Assembly (NCBI GenBank): GCA_965649825.1
Contig: OZ287706.1
Location: 62,001 to 126,000 of the forward strand
Origin: Penicillus capitatus
Taxonomy: Eukaryota; Plantae; Chlorophyta
Length of the DNA stretch: 64,000 nt
Reading direction: 5' to 3'
Made by a program: the position numbers and the translations under genes. Of this stretch, positions 11,485 through 25,268 are shown in pieces. Under the pieces are notes generated by a model that did no database searches, was not told where the DNA came from, and saw only the letters and a list, made by a program, of their open reading frames with translations. Every line of letters begins with the position of its first letter. Position 1 is the first letter of the stretch.

Positions 11485-14069
11485 TCAATGCTCCTCTTGG
11501 TTTCCATCCCTGTCTTCTGTCCTCCTTTGAGGTGGTTCATCTCGCGGGGAATGTGACGGTGCCTGCCCAACAGGCACAGCGTTTGGATAGGACAGCAATC
11601 TTGGCTGGGGCTACAACAAAGAGACATCGTATGCAGTCCTGTTCAGTAGAAAACCGTCACGCACTTTTCTTTGAAACCCGCGTGGTCGACGAGCATTCCT
11701 TCTGTACGGTCTCTGCACACATGATGTCTCTCGTTAGGTGATGCATGCTTAGGGAAAAGGACGCACTCTGTTGTCTCCATGGACGTCTGGCGGTCTCTTT
11801 CTGGGTTCCTGCAGATCGATGTTGGATTCCATCTCTGTGTTCTTCACATGCGATGGACTCTCCTCTCGTCTTTCTCCATTGTCTTCTCCTTCATTTACTT
11901 CCTGTGTACGACGCCATTGATCCTCCTGCGGTTGATGCCAGCCTGAATCCTATGAGAGAGTCCATCATCAGGCAGCTCCAAGGGAACGATGGGCTTACGC
12001 CTTCGGATGGATGCATGGTGTGTCGGTCAAAGTCCGGGCGAGGTCTCCTGGGAGAACGGTTTCTGTTTTCATTTCTTCCACCGCCCCTCTGGAAACTGAC
12101 TCTCCCTACCACCGACAATCACATTTCATTAACGAATAGGAAGCAATGCGAAGAGGCCGACCGCGAGGACTTCTTTGTCGAGAATGCGTAAATGTTGGCT
12201 GATCTCGTCGGTGGCTGTTAAAAGATGAACGATCAGCGTGACGAGGGTGGTCAGCATCGTTGTTCGATGCATCCGGCCACGTGCTTTGTCTCTCTTGGAA
12301 TCGGTTGTTTCTTCTGTGAGGCCTTTCACTAAGCTCGTCCTGATGCTCGTCCTGCCAACCCTTTTCTTCGTTCCACTTTCTCTGCCACTCTCCATGTTCC
12401 GTAGACGGGTCATCAAATGGTTCTGTCAGAAGTAGATGCTTGACATTGTGCTGCTGTTAGGTGGACATGAGATCAAACCTGATGGCATTTCTGATCTCTC
12501 TGGCTTGGTTAAGGATTGTCTGTTCCATCCTCTGGAGCCACCGTCATTCCTTCTGTCCGGCCATCCTCTCCTCCCTCTGCCACGATCATTCCTTCTGTCC
12601 GGTCGACCTCTCCATTCGTCCGTGTGATGATCATCCCAATGCGATTGTCTTGTCCGTTCTTCAAAACGCTGGTTCCTTTGATCGGGGAACCTGTTCCGTT
12701 CGAATCGGTGGTCCCTCTGGTCGGAAAACCTATTCGGTTTATCAAAGTGACGATCCCCCTGATCAGGAAATCTGTTATGCTCGTCGATTCGGTGGTCCTC
12801 CTGCTCAGGAAATCTATTCTGTTCGTCGATTCGGTGGTCTTCTCTGCGCGACGGTTCGTTCCATCCCTTCGAGCGGTGACCAGAGAATCTTTGTTGTTTC
12901 CCATTACGTCCTTCATCATAGCGATGGCGATTTCTTTGTGATTGCTCGTGATGTGTTTCGGGATGACGACCGTATCCGTCCGGGTTCCTGTTCCGTTCAT
13001 TGAAACGGTAATGTCCACCCCGTTGCTGTCGCCCACGTCTTTCCTCAAAGTGGCGGTCACGTCTATGGAAGCCTTCCTCTTCATTTCTGCCATCTGGCTG
13101 CTGGCGACGGTCATCTCGCGATCCCCATCCATCCCGATGCGGCGGACCAGACGCTTGAAAGCCACGTCGATGTGACCCTCTACGTTCCCAAGATCCCAAT
13201 TCAGCTCCACCACGTCCTTTGCTAAATCGCCTCTGGCCGCGGCCTTGCTGGTTAGCACTCCATGGCTCCTCTCTCCTTGGCTGTCCTCTGCCACCACCTC
13301 GAGGTCTGTGATGGGAGCCTCTGTGTGAAGCGCCTCTTCTGTCACTCCATGTACCATGATCCTCTTCGTTTTCCTCAGGCGGATGCTCCTGCGCTTCGGT
13401 GTCTGAAACAGTTGCAGATGCAGGAGTAGAAGTGGTCGGAGGATAAAAGGTTCGGTAGTGCCATGGCGGATATGGCAAGTCTTGGGGTGCACTAAAATCA
13501 CTTTCTGGGACCCATTCCCCTTCTTTCTTTACCTGTCACATCAACATCAGAAAATCAAAGACAAGCTCTCACATGTTCAAGGGCATCAGCAGCACTTGGA
13601 GAAAAGAGTCTGGAGCTGGGCAGAATGCTTCACTGCGTTTGCTGATGCCTGGAATGGGAATTGGCATCCCTCCAATCCCTTTAGAGAGACCCACTGGAAT
13701 ATCTGGATCTCGAATCGTTTCGCAGAGTTCCAGGCGGACTCTCTGGTCATCGTTGACGGCCAACCATACTCGAAGGAGTGGTGGTGTGGGAAGACGGATA
13801 TCAACGGCCAGAGGCTTCGGAGGCAGCGGTACATTCCCTATGATCCACTCACATTCGACGTCTGACATCGAATCCACAAAATCCTTCTCCGAGGTGGAAC
13901 CCTCAGGCGGCGACGCGTTTCGAAATGCGAGGATATCTCGCGCGTACACTGCATTGCGAATTCCAAAGAGTGTTTCGTTTGGGGGTGCGAGTGGCAGCAC
14001 CGCACGGCGCATTGTTTTGCGGCTGCTGCTGCTGCTGCTCTCTGGAGGTTTTGTCACATCTGGAAGCAT
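11485..14069 (-). CDS. Large low-complexity Arg/Gly/Asp/His-rich (RGG-type) protein with an unrecognised Pro-rich N-terminal region
   Basis: ORFs 13569-14069 and 12426-13478 join in phase (SFLQ|VKKEGEW); further R/D/E-rich exons can be spliced with short GT-AG introns down to a TGA at 11485-11487. Confidence 0.65.
12665..12850 (-). repeat. Coding tandem repeat, about 39-bp unit (EDHRIDEQNRFPE-like, 4-5 degenerate copies)
   Basis: tcaggaaatctgttatgctcgtcgattcggtggtcctcctgc followed by tcaggaaatctattctgttcgtcgattcggtggtcttctctgc, with more degenerate copies to the left. Confidence 0.8.
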
Positions 14070-14632
14070 ATTGACGACGCAGGTTCAAACGGTTGTTGTC
14101 GTACAGAAAATCTCCGCGGCAACAGAGCACGTGATGAAACCTAACGCATGCACAAAATGGCTGCATGATTGAAAAGGGATGCGGCTATCAAGATGTCCAC
14201 CCATCGTGGAAACAGTCACTCTTGCTAAACACCTGAGCAAATCTCCGAATAAGGTAACATCAACCTGCCGCCAAGAGGCGGCGGCGCATCGTTTCTTCCA
14301 CCAGATCGCTCACTCCTATTCTTCCATACGGCTGCAGACGTAGCCTTTTAGATCTACTTCTATCTGTAATCGCTTCTCTGTGCATTGGGTCGGCGCACAT
14401 GTCCGTCTCTTGCTCCTTCTCCGCGCAGTCTCTTGCATGTGTCGGCACATCCACACCGATTTCTGATCTCCCTTCTGTAACCGTAGATGCTGCTGTCACG
14501 TGCTATTCACTTATCCGTCGCTCCGCCTTCAACTATTCTCTTTATCAACGCAGCCGTAGAAAACGACAACCGTGGTTTCGCTGTGATACATCCATCCCTC
14601 AAGCGTACCATCGGTACTGGCGACACTTGAGA

Positions 14633-14974
14633 ATGGCCCACCGTCCGTCCACCTCGGAAATCACTCCAGCAGTCGCTCCGCAGCCGGAGCTTACTCAAGA
14701 TAGACCTATTCGCCCTTACTATGTGCGTCCTCGACCACCATCATCCCGACAGACGCAGCCAGTGGTGACCCGTGGAGAGGAGGACGTTGGTATGTCGATT
14801 GGTTGGCTCTGCTTCTTTGCTGGATTCATCTGTCTATTCCCTTGGCTCTTCGGATTCTGCCTGTCGTTCATTTCCGCGAACAAGAATGACAAAAGAGTGA
14901 GATACTGGAATCTTGCCGCTTTCCTGATCGTAACCTCTATTTATATCGCCGTATGGAGGGCGTATGAAGACTGA
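14633..14974 (+). CDS. Small two-TM membrane protein similar to the plant 'ribosomal protein L18a-like' membrane family (frame is open from an ATG at 14399)
   Basis: Pro-rich N-terminus, then GMSIGWLCFFAGFICLFPWLFGFCL...DKRVRYWNLAAFLIV, resembling the G.GIGW..F..GF...PWY.G motif of that family. Confidence 0.55.
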   Translation: MAHRPSTSEITPAVAPQPELTQDRPIRPYYVRPRPPSSRQTQPVVTRGEEDVGMSIGWLCFFAGFICLFPWLFGFCLSFISANKNDKRVRYWNLAAFLIVTSIYIAVWRAYED

Positions 14975-15309
14975 GAGCATGCATGCTTCGTAAGTGTCTT
15001 TCGGGAATGGGTCGGTGGTGTCCTTCATGACGATGTGGCGACATTTCCAATGACCACCCACCAATCACACAGGACTCACGAAACGTAATCGTAATATGAT
15101 GATCACGACGACATCTAGCAAGACGCTGTCCATGCTTTCGTGTTCTTTCCGAACAATGTGACGCTATTGTGTTTCCGCGACATCAGCATCACGCGACAAC
15201 TGCGAACACGAACGAAAGAATAGGATAAGGATCGCGTTATGGTATGCCGTAAGCCGACAGCTCTGGGATCTTTACTGTTCCGTCAAAGCCCCCTTCGGAC
15301 TCTTGTTCA

Positions 15310-15990
15310 ATGGAGGACCAATGTGAGAAGAGACTGCGGATGAGAAGGATTACGGGACTACTAACTATCTCATCAGGCATCCAGAGCGAGTTGCGAATCC
15401 ATCTGAAGCGACAGGGATGCATGATGGTGACCAATGAGGAATACGGTAAGGTTCGTCGTCTAAACAACGTCACTGGGTGGTCGATTAGCTGAAACGCATC
15501 ACGTTATGCGCTAAACCAACAACATCCTTCTTGGAAAGCGCACAGGGCCTGGGCGGCAGCTTTCCTTCTTCGATGGATACATCGTCATGTCGCAAAGCTT
15601 GCTGACATTGGAGATACCGTTGAAGCGCCACACCACATGAAAACGCGATCGAAGGCGAAAGTGCGATACGATAGGACGACGAGGGAAGGCTTCCGGCTAT
15701 GATGTCGCTATCAGGTGTCGATGGAGACGACGTGCTGTCGCAAATCGATAGACGCAAGCGAGGACAGTGACCGTCGCCGCCACATGTCACATCCCTTCAC
15801 TACATGTAGCAGCAATCTATGATATCAGCTGCGTCCGGTTCTTCCGGTAAGAGCGCTTTGATTTTGTACTCCTTTGGCTTGCCTCTTTGGCAGACTCCGT
15901 CACTTCTGCCTCTTCGGTCTCAGACTCGCCAAAAGAACGAAGAGCTTCGGTCGCTACAGGATGAGGAGGAGGGGACGACGAAGATGACGT
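15310..15990 (+). CDS. Possible small spliced gene, model unresolved
   Basis: Intron-like GT..ctaac..AG segments (about 15323-15376 and 15662-15715) but no single convincing reading frame. Confidence 0.2.
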
Positions 15991-16255
15991 CTTCATCGCG
16001 ACATCGTTCTTTCTCTCTTGAGCTCTAAAGGCAATCCGACCTGAAAATCCAATGTGTAACGTAGTGGTCCAAAAGAGTGACGTCTACCATTCTCCCTTTT
16101 ATCACATCTCTCACCGCTACTCAGTTGCACATCACACATTTTTGTTTCTTCCTACCATGAATGCGCTCAGCTGACCCACCGATGGATTTTTAGCGGTTCT
16201 CACTTTTGACGGGTGTTGCTTGGAGTCTTTCTCCTTGAAGGATGGCAAACAGTCT

Positions 16256-16869
16256 TCATCGCCTCTTCCCACATAGACAGGCGTATCGAGTGTGTAGCAG
16301 GTGTAGTTCTGTAGATATTTCAAGTAACGCGGAAGCCGTTGTTCTCTGCAACACACTCCCTCTCACACATTCTCATCGTTTTGATCTACTCTCTTGCTGC
16401 GAAGCTCGATGTCGATCTCGAGGCCCATCTGCATCTGCGTCCACAATCTGTCCACAAAGCAGCGGACGTCCTTCGTCCCTGGCAAACGCATAATGGACGG
16501 TACCTCTCTGTTGAGCTCTTCCTTCTCCCTCTCTTCATATCCAAATTGAATGGTGCCGGTCGCCACTTCATCGAACTCATCGTAGTCGGCCTCTGCTTCA
16601 AAAGCCTTTCGGGCTTCGACACTGATCTCACAGAGACGCTCTTCGTCGTCGAACTCAACATTCTTAGATCCATCAACCACTTCGGTCCACGTCATGGGCG
16701 ATGGAGCAGGCTCCGTTGCCGCGACATCCTCGACGGCGTTGTCACTCCGAACGTTCAGGTCTTCGCGGGCGGCCACTTGCAGTTGGAAGGACGGCGTCGT
16801 GTCACGTACAGGCAGTGTGACAAACAGAGCAGCAGCCCTTGTCGCGAAGGCGCCGAGAACATTGTCCAT
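16256..16869 (-). CDS. Hypothetical acidic protein; last exon uncertain
   Basis: 168-codon ORF 16363-16869 with a plausible GT-AG intron to a short terminal exon; no family recognised. Confidence 0.5.
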
Positions 16870-17129
16870 TCGATGTATTAACGAAAACGGAGATGGTCGA
16901 CTTAACAGTGTCAGCGGTATTGCGACGAGAACTGTTCGGAGGTTTCTTCAGACGGAGACGATAGATACAGCATGAATTAGAGAAACTGTACACGGAATGC
17001 AACTCCATGAGTGATCTAAGGGAGCTTTCACGTCATGTACTGCCTGCATTGTAAAAGAGGTGTTATTTATCCGTAATGTACGAACGACAATCCTTAATGC
17101 TATTGACTGCAGCAGACCCAAGGAATTTA

Positions 17130-19635
17130 TCATGTCTCCAATGCTTCTAATTCTGCCAAGATCGCCGCCTCACTCTGGACCTTTTGAAGTTGCTCCTTCT
17201 CTAACGTGACACCTTGGATCACACATGTGTGAGATGCTCTGCTGAGAAGGGCCATGACAACACAGACCAGGCTGCTGCATGGATTCCTTGAGATGGCCAA
17301 TCTGTTTGAGTTTCTTCCTAAGCGTGCGAATTCTCTTCGTTTTCTCTTCTGGCGTGGCAGACGATAGTGGCGATGTGCTCGAAGACACTGTTTGAGGTAT
17401 CGACGCTGTCTCCGGTGCGGCTGTCGTCTCCGGTGTCTGTCGATCTGCAGGTTCGGTTGTTTGCTTATTTATTTCCGTCTTCCTCTTCGCACGCCTCTTC
17501 GCATTCTTCGCTGCAGCTTTTGAGAGGAACGTGCCTCCAGGGACATCGGGTCCCTTTGGCTGCGAATGAATCCTCCCGCCGGAATCGTTCGACTGACCCA
17601 AGTTGAACGACACGGGTGCAGCTGTTCTATTGCTCCCTCTCAGATGTGGTGGTACATATGCTGCCGTCGTCGTTTCTTCTTGTTTTGCCTTCTGGGAAAC
17701 TAAACAGAAGACGTTCCTCGATATCCACCCCGTAACCGAAATGAATGGCTGGACGTGTAGAGCGCTTGTTCGGTGAAACGGGTCGATCTTCGAAGGTCCC
17801 TTGCTCGACGGGTACCCATCTGGCTTCAAGCAGGACCTCTGCTGATTCCCGACCGACCTCCTCGCCGAGATAGGTAAAGACTCTGTGCCAAAGGACTGAG
17901 CATAGAGATTCGGCGTGGAAGGTATAGCCCACTTGACTCCATTGTCCACTCTCAAACGAGGTGCCGTGATGGCCGTCAGAACATAACGGCCACAAGGAGA
18001 CCACTCGAGGGAGACAGATGGACATCGAACGGAGCTCAGTTTCTTGCATGTCCCGTTGCCTTTCTTCTCGTAGAAGACAATGTCACCTGCAGTCAAATGA
18101 CATGCTTGGAGCACTTACTTATCTGTGTCATCGACCTGGCAGATTTCCGAATCCGGCGACACAAAGAAAGCGACCGAAAGGATTGAATCGCACAAAGTTG
18201 TAGGCACCCGATCCGAGATCGAAGAGTGGCTTGCATTTCGCATCGAATAACAACGTTTTGGCTGGCATGAATCCAGCCACAACGACAAAGTGGTCACCTA
18301 ATCCACAACGCCATATGTGATCCATATGTGCGATGCATTTAGCAAACGAGAACCTGGAGGAGCCCACTGTACGTCGTGAATGGGTCCCTTTGGAATACTG
18401 GGAACGACACACGACACATCAGAGTCACCTACGGGCACAGAATTAAAGACATCGCAGCGGTACGTCTCCAGTAAAAACCTTGGAAGAAATGGAGATGCTG
18501 TTCTCCGTAATAGCTCTGATTCGTGACATCTACATCCGAGAAAGAAGAACAGAGCAGCGCCGATCCCTTGCTGAAAAAGAGAAGTCTCAGAGAATGTCTG
18601 CCACTCGTGCTGCAGAATTGAACCTGTTCCACAGAAAGTCGATGCCCGATACACGGTAGAAACTCTTTCTGTTGGTAACGACCGGATCATCTGCGACAGA
18701 CACACCGTGTCGTATGACCAGGCAAATAGAGCGATATCCCATACCATCCATGCTCTCAGGAAACCCAGAGATCGGGTAAATCAGAACAGTGGCTGGAACG
18801 CTCTTCGCTTCAGGGATGTAGGCTGAGAGTTTCGGGTTCCTCCCAGGAGAGACAGAAAACGATGCAATGCTCTTCACATGCAGCTTCTTGGCCACCTCTA
18901 TTGGACAACGGAGGCAGTGTCAGGCATTTGTCTGCTGTCATCAGTGGCGGACTCACTGGCGAAGTTATCCGAAGGCGTGTATACATGAACCGTGTTTGCC
19001 ACAGAGACGAACACGGCAGATTCGTCTTCTAACCAGTGGAGTAATGGCCATACGTCATCGTTGACGTTGCTTCGATGCATTCCCCAAACAGAGATCCCAG
19101 ACGCAATGTCCCAAATCTGTCATCAACGAAAACGATCTCTCTGTCTGTGTATCAACTCCATGCGGTCGGTCACTTGAAGATTCTTGTCAGAACCTTTCAG
19201 TTGTTTATCAGGTCTCTGAAGAGTGGCCAGGTATGTATTGCGACTCGAGAATCCAGCATGCAGACACTCTCTCAATGACAACCGTGTCACCTGCAAGCCA
19301 TATGATCATCTGAGCAGCTTTGAAGGGGCCAACCTGCGACATCTGCTGCATGTCAACCAGAGTGACGTCTTCCTGACCGACTCCACATATCAAAGATCCA
19401 TCTGTCGAAAATTCAACCTTGTTGCGCTCGTCTCTGTGCAAAGAATGTTCGAGAAATGAAGAAATTATGCCATTGCGGAATTACGGAAAGATTGGGCAGA
19501 GTTGCTGAAGCGTTGGCCCTCCCGAATAGAGAGTAGTCTCTCCCTTCGTGCGCGCTACATTTCACAAAGGACTTGCAGAAATGCACACGTGGCGTTTCTA
19601 AACGCACCGATGTACCGAGGTTGAACACCGGACAT
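17130..19635 (-). CDS. EIF2A: Eukaryotic translation initiation factor 2A
   Basis: DVDVTNQSYYGEQHLHF, KGPIHDVQWAP, VVAGFMPAK, FNPFGRFLCVAGFGNLPG, EWSPCGRYVLTAITAPRLRVDNG, YVPPHLRG, KRIRTLRKKLKQI, terminal LEKEQLQKVQSEAAILAELEALET*; start MSGVQPRYIART inferred by splicing. Confidence 0.95.
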
Positions 19636-19748
19636 CGCCGCCACTGGTATGCAAACGCGGGGGGAGATTGGATGAAAGCGTCATGTCGACGATTGTCTAG
19701 ACACCATCCATCGTCGCTAATCACATTCGTTCTGCATTGTGCTAAACA

Positions 19749-22293
19749 ATGGCGTCCCGACTGGAGTCCTTCGTCGGAAGAATGCGGCCACTGTTGCTTC
19801 TTGAAAGAAATGCAGAAGTGGACAAGGCAAAACAGGAAATGCAGGAAGCGACAGAAGAATCGCGATGCGTGGGTTCATTGTGGTGGGACCATTCGATGGA
19901 TGCCGTGTTCGTTTGTGCAGTCGAATGGCAATACACTGTTCAATCTGAAGTGCAGCGATGTGGAAGGAGGCTTGCTTGGTCGCCACCTTCTCACTTTCGT
20001 GAAGAACGTGGCAATTTCAAAGAAAGAAGCAGCCCCAGATCTGCCCGCACACAAATTCACGCCTCATGACATCGTCGAAATCCGTCCCAGCAAAGGGGGA
20101 CTTGGGCCCTCGTGGGCTTCTGGACTGATTTACAGGTACCATCTGGCATCGGTCCTCCGTTCGCGCACAAGATTGACCAACTGTGTTTGCTCTCTAGAGT
20201 CAAAGACGCATCGATCACGATTGCCGTAGATGATCTGCCAGACGACGGAGGACTGGATCAAAGCTTTCGCCTTGACAAGTTAGCCAACGAGGTTCCGTCT
20301 GTCAGTTCAGTCGAATGAATGACCAACACTGTGGTCAGGTCACATACAATCGATTGTGTTCCACATTGGATACCTTGAGCTCCCCAAATATTCGAACGAC
20401 CGCCCCTGGCACTCAACTCCTGGATATTGCATTTGAGAGTTCACTTCCATTGTTTTCTGAGAAGATCGATGAAGATTTCAGTTTCTTCAATGAGAATCTG
20501 GATGAGGCACAGAGATTGGCAGTTGGACGTGCTCTGGCTGCGAGTCACCTTGCAATGGTTCATGGTCCACCAGGTTCTCGCGCCCTATGCTGAGTCTGTC
20601 CAATGATAAAGATAGGTGAGTGATTCAGGGACTGGCAAGACGACGACGGTGATTGAGATCATCGCACAGGAGGTGAAGAGGGGAAACAAGATCTTGGCGT
20701 GTGCCTCATCGAATGTCGCTGTGGACAACATCGTCGAACGTCTATCAAGATTGAAGCTCTTCAAACAGAAGATCGTCCGAGTGGGGCATCCAGCACGACT
20801 TCTGCAGGATGTAAGTACACTGAACAAAATGTACTTGGGTGAAGACGAAGGCCATCATGTGCTGCAGGTCCTTAGCAACAGTTTGGAGGCTCACGTGAAG
20901 AAATCTGATAACAGTTCGTTGGCCAAAGATATCCAGAAAGAAATGAAGGCGTTGAATTCGAAACTGATGAAGTTGGAGTCGTGGAAGAAGAAAGAGAGGC
21001 ATGAAATTCAAAGGTGATGTGATGGATCTCTCTCTGCGCATCTGTTATCGATATTTGACTACAGAGAGCTACGCCGATTGAGCAGAGAGCAAAGACAAAG
21101 ACAAGGAAAGGCAGTGGACGAAGTTCTCAACAAGGCATCCGTCATCTGTTCGACCCTCTCTGGCGTGCAAGGAAGATACATCGACGTACTGTGTGGTCAG
21201 ACAAGGAGCGTTTAAGATGATCATCGCATTTATTCTTGACAGACTAGGCAGTTCGATGTTGTCATCATTGATGAAGCTGCTCAGGCGTTGGAGGTGTCAT
21301 GTTGGGGAGCGATGTTGAAATCGAAGAAAGCGATCTTAGCAGGAGATCACCTGCAGCTGCCACCTACGATCATCAGCGAAGAGGCCATAAAGAAGGTGTC
21401 TCCTCCCTGTGCCTCTATCCAGCTCAGAATTGCGAGCCATCGACAGGGACTCGATGTTACTCTGTTCGAGCGCATGCAGGAAGAGTTTGGCCATTCGGCA
21501 AGTGTCATGCTGACGGTGCAGTATCGAATGAACAGTATGATCATGAAATGGGCATCAGATGAACTCTACCAGTCAAAGCTGACTGCACACGAAACAGTGG
21601 TGCACCACAAACTGAGTAGGACAGACAGGCAGCCTCTCTGCTGTTCAATCACTATTTCGGTTCATTCACAGATGATCTGAATGAGGATCCGGATCAGGAA
21701 GATATTCCTGTGTGCCTCTTTGTGGATACAGCAGGATGTGACTGCGAAGAGATCGTTGGCGAGGATGGACTGAGTCGAGCGAATCCGGATGAGGCAAAGG
21801 TGACGACAGACAAGACACGCAAGTGTCTTCATTCTCACGGGAGGTATCTGATCGCAGGCTGTCATGAAGCATGCCGCCGGACTGCTATCAGCTGGAGTGC
21901 CTCCCGGAGACATCGGGATCATCACACCGTACAACGGACAGGTCTCGCTACTCAGAGAACTTCGCACAGAATCCATGCATCAGATCGAGATATCCTCTGT
22001 CGACGGATTCCAGGGTAAGACGCTGTCAATCAGTCTCTCTATCCAAACAAGAGGATTGTTCAGGACGTGAGAAGGAAGCTGTTCTGATCAGTGCTGTCCG
22101 TTCCAATGAGAATGGAGAGATTGGATTCCTGAACGATCGTCGCAGAATGAACGTGGCGATCACCCGAGCGAGGAGACACTGTGCCATATTTGCGGACTCA
22201 GGGACGCTCTGCTGCGATCCGTTCCTAGAAAGACTGGTTGCCTACTTCGAGGCCAATGGAGAGTACAGAAGCTACGAAGAGTTTATGCAGTAG
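19749..22293 (+). CDS. IGHMBP2: SF1 DNA/RNA helicase, IGHMBP2/SMUBP-2 (Hcs1) family
   Basis: LLLLERNAEV, HGPPG/TGKTTT, ACASSNVAVDN, VRVGHPARL, VIIDEAAQALE, LAGDHLQLPPTI, LTVQYRM, IITPYNGQV, SVDGFQG/REKE, RRMNVAITRARR. Confidence 0.93.
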
Positions 22294-22375
22294 AGACATG
22301 GGATCGATCAATCAGATCGCAATAAGGAGATGTGCGTCCTCTGTATGGTGTGTATGTATGGACAAGGCAGTTGTT

Positions 22376-25092
22376 CTATTTTGGCACCTCAGGATTCAAC
22401 ATCAGCAGATTCTCACTCTTGAATCGAGAACTGGTGTCTCCCATTCTGTTTGCCAGTTTGGTGAATGCCGATGTCGGCCGCCGCATTCCCATTATGGACG
22501 ACGACAAACCTCTCTTTCCTGCCAACAAAAACGCATCGTATGTCGAGACAGGAGTGAACGACGTGACGCACTTCTCGCCTCCAGATCACGAGTCAGGGGA
22601 TTGAATTCGAATCTCCATTTCTCAGCGAGACTGTCCCATTCCACATTCCTTGTCACCTATCAGGAAAAGACACGATATCATTTCGCCAGGGTCAGTGCTG
22701 ATTGCCTTCTCTAGATGACTGCCTGGAATGAAGGCGGCAATGATCTGTTCCTTCAACTGAATCTGGCATTGAAGTCCTTGTACCGTTTCAACAAACTCTC
22801 TCTGTTCGAAGAGGATTTCTATCGACAGACAGATCTCAGTGAGCACCATCGTGCGAGTATCTGCATTCGCCTAACGTCGATGGCACTCTTCTACCTCTTT
22901 CATGAGTTCTTGATAGTCATGAATCGCCGTTTCGAGTGTCTGACTCTTCTCCTCCACAGCCATTTGAAGCGTATCACACCTTTGCTCGACCTGGAGACTC
23001 TCCATTTCTAGCTGTTCGATTTTCGTCTGCTTCTTCAACTCACTCTGTAATCTGTGGCGCATCCAACGCCATCTGTTTTTTCTTATGAGAGCGGACGCAC
23101 TTTCTCTGAAGTCTTTGTTGGTTTTTGTGAAGTTTCTGTTCTTTCATGGACGCCACGGCAGCGATGCCACCTTTCTTCTCGCCTTTCAAGAGCTTCTTCT
23201 CCATCCCTTTTATCTTTTGGCGCAGTTGTTTCATTTCAGAGGCAATCCTCTCAGTCTCTTCCTGCTGTTGCTCAAGGTGTCGCTGGTTTTCTTCCAAAGA
23301 AAGAATGTTCTGCTGAGCGCAAGCACTCGACTGTTCACACTCTGCCGATATCCGAGCCATTTCTTCGTTCACTTTGTCCTCGACCCTTTTCTGAATCTGA
23401 AGCATCAGACAGACATATCTCTCTGCCTTGGAACCCCGTGACGACAGGTCACCGACCTCATCAGCAGATGGTATTTGCGACGTGTCCCTCTGTTCTTGTA
23501 TCAGTCTTGATCGGACATCGTTCCGTATGGCATCCATCTCCTCTTGACACACAGATGATTGTCGCGTTTCCTCGTGGATCCCTTCCTTCTTCTCATCAAG
23601 TATCTAAGAGTCGTCGGAGCATCTCCAACAGGTATGTATGATCAGCATCGTGTTCACTTGTAGCTGCTTCTTTAGATCTGCGATTTCCTCCTGGAATTCC
23701 TTCAGCATTGCATCCTTGGGATCCTCGTTGATCTTTGGTCTGTTCTTTATATTCTTTGCTCTGTTTGCATATCGAAGGGTGCTGATGGTTTCCTCGTAGT
23801 TGTGGTCTGCCGGACCAATACATGCGATCATCAGTGTCTTTGAATTTCCGCCTAACGAATCTCGAAGCAGTCGAGTGAGTTTGCTGTCTCTGAAAGGAAC
23901 ATGTCCTCCTAGAATCAACAGTCCCTGTCTTCAAGGAAGATCTCCTCGACAACCTCAAAATGCCTACGGTGATCTTTACTGCTCAGACAACGGATGACAT
24001 TTCCAAGCGCTGAAAGAGAGAGGTTGATTTTCGTCGCTTCTTTGAACCGATCCCCAGTCGATCCTGTCTTCGATTGTCTTTCACTTCCGGCCAGATCCAC
24101 CAAGTGCAGTTTCCCTACCCTTATCTGATCATCTCCTGAATCTGGAAACCAGCTTCTTCACGCGACAGAAGAGAGGTTTCTTCACACTTTGAGTATTCTT
24201 GGTGCTCGATTCAATGGTGATGGTGAAGACAGAATGCGAACGAGATGAGTCTGTATTCATCAATGTCTGGCCCACAGATCGATTCTTTGCACCGATCTGC
24301 GGAACCGTGACTGTGTCGTGAGAATTGAGATGCCCTTTCGCACGCACTGTTAGCACTTTCATCATGTCTGTTGCATTTTCGACGACAACTGTTCTCAGGT
24401 TTTTGACGTAGACACTGTTTTCCCTCTTCTCTTTCAGTTCGAGTCTCGAGCTGCTGTTTTTATCAAAGAGATCACGGATTTCTTCATTGTACAGTTCGAG
24501 ATAAGAAACCCGGATGAGATACTCCACATCCGAACTCTGATGAATGGCATCAAAAATCCGAGAGAAGACCCGTGGCATGATGCCAGCCTGCTCACCCGTA
24601 TCTCCTTGCATGGTAAACGTCTTTCCCGTTCCTGCAACCAATACCAAACCGTCAAGAATCCATTCATCTCTAGTGTTGTCGACAGCAACATGTCAGAGAG
24701 ACGGTACCTGTCTGACCATAGGCAAAGACCGTGGCATTGTAGCCATTCAATACATCGTCAACAATCGACTGCACGCAGTCTGCAAACAACTGGCCTTGGT
24801 CAACATGGGCATCGTAGACAGCATCGAAGCGGTAATCGCAAGATGTCCTATGCGATCAAGACATGTATGCATGTCATCACTCTTTCCAATGCTTTAGGTC
24901 CAAACACAGCATATCCATGCCAGTCATGTACTTGCTGCTGCGATGGAGCACGCCTTCAATGTTGGCGCTGTAAAGAGTGAGACTATGGCGATCAGAGGCA
25001 ACATCGACAATGGACATGTGACCATTCTTTTCTTCATGGCACGAAAGAGGCCGACAGCGAACGACGACTCTAATGTTCTCGCCCTCACTCAT
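22376..25092 (-). CDS. Kinesin-2 motor subunit (KIF3/FLA8-FLA10 family, intraflagellar transport)
   Basis: [97 protein letters not shown], tail IIAAFIP...RRPTS...RFKSENLL typical of kinesin-2. Confidence 0.92.
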
Positions 25093-25268
25093 AGTGATCG
25101 CGCTGCTTACACATCAGATGTGACGTTTCATTTTGTGCGTACGTACGTACCCTTCAAATTCGCAGGTTTTTACATTCAGTTGTACGATCGATGCTCTTCT
25201 CTTCGGACACGCGTGCCCTAAAGGCGAGGAGCAGCGACCAGTTGCCAGAGACTCGGCGATCTCGTCGA

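Noticed and set aside
12461-14172. Long plus-strand ORFs and the alternative minus frame 12509-13501
   Set aside because: Shadow ORFs of low-complexity coding sequence.
22238-22714. Plus-strand ORFs just after the helicase stop
   Set aside because: They are antisense to the kinesin-2 tail exons, which explain the region.
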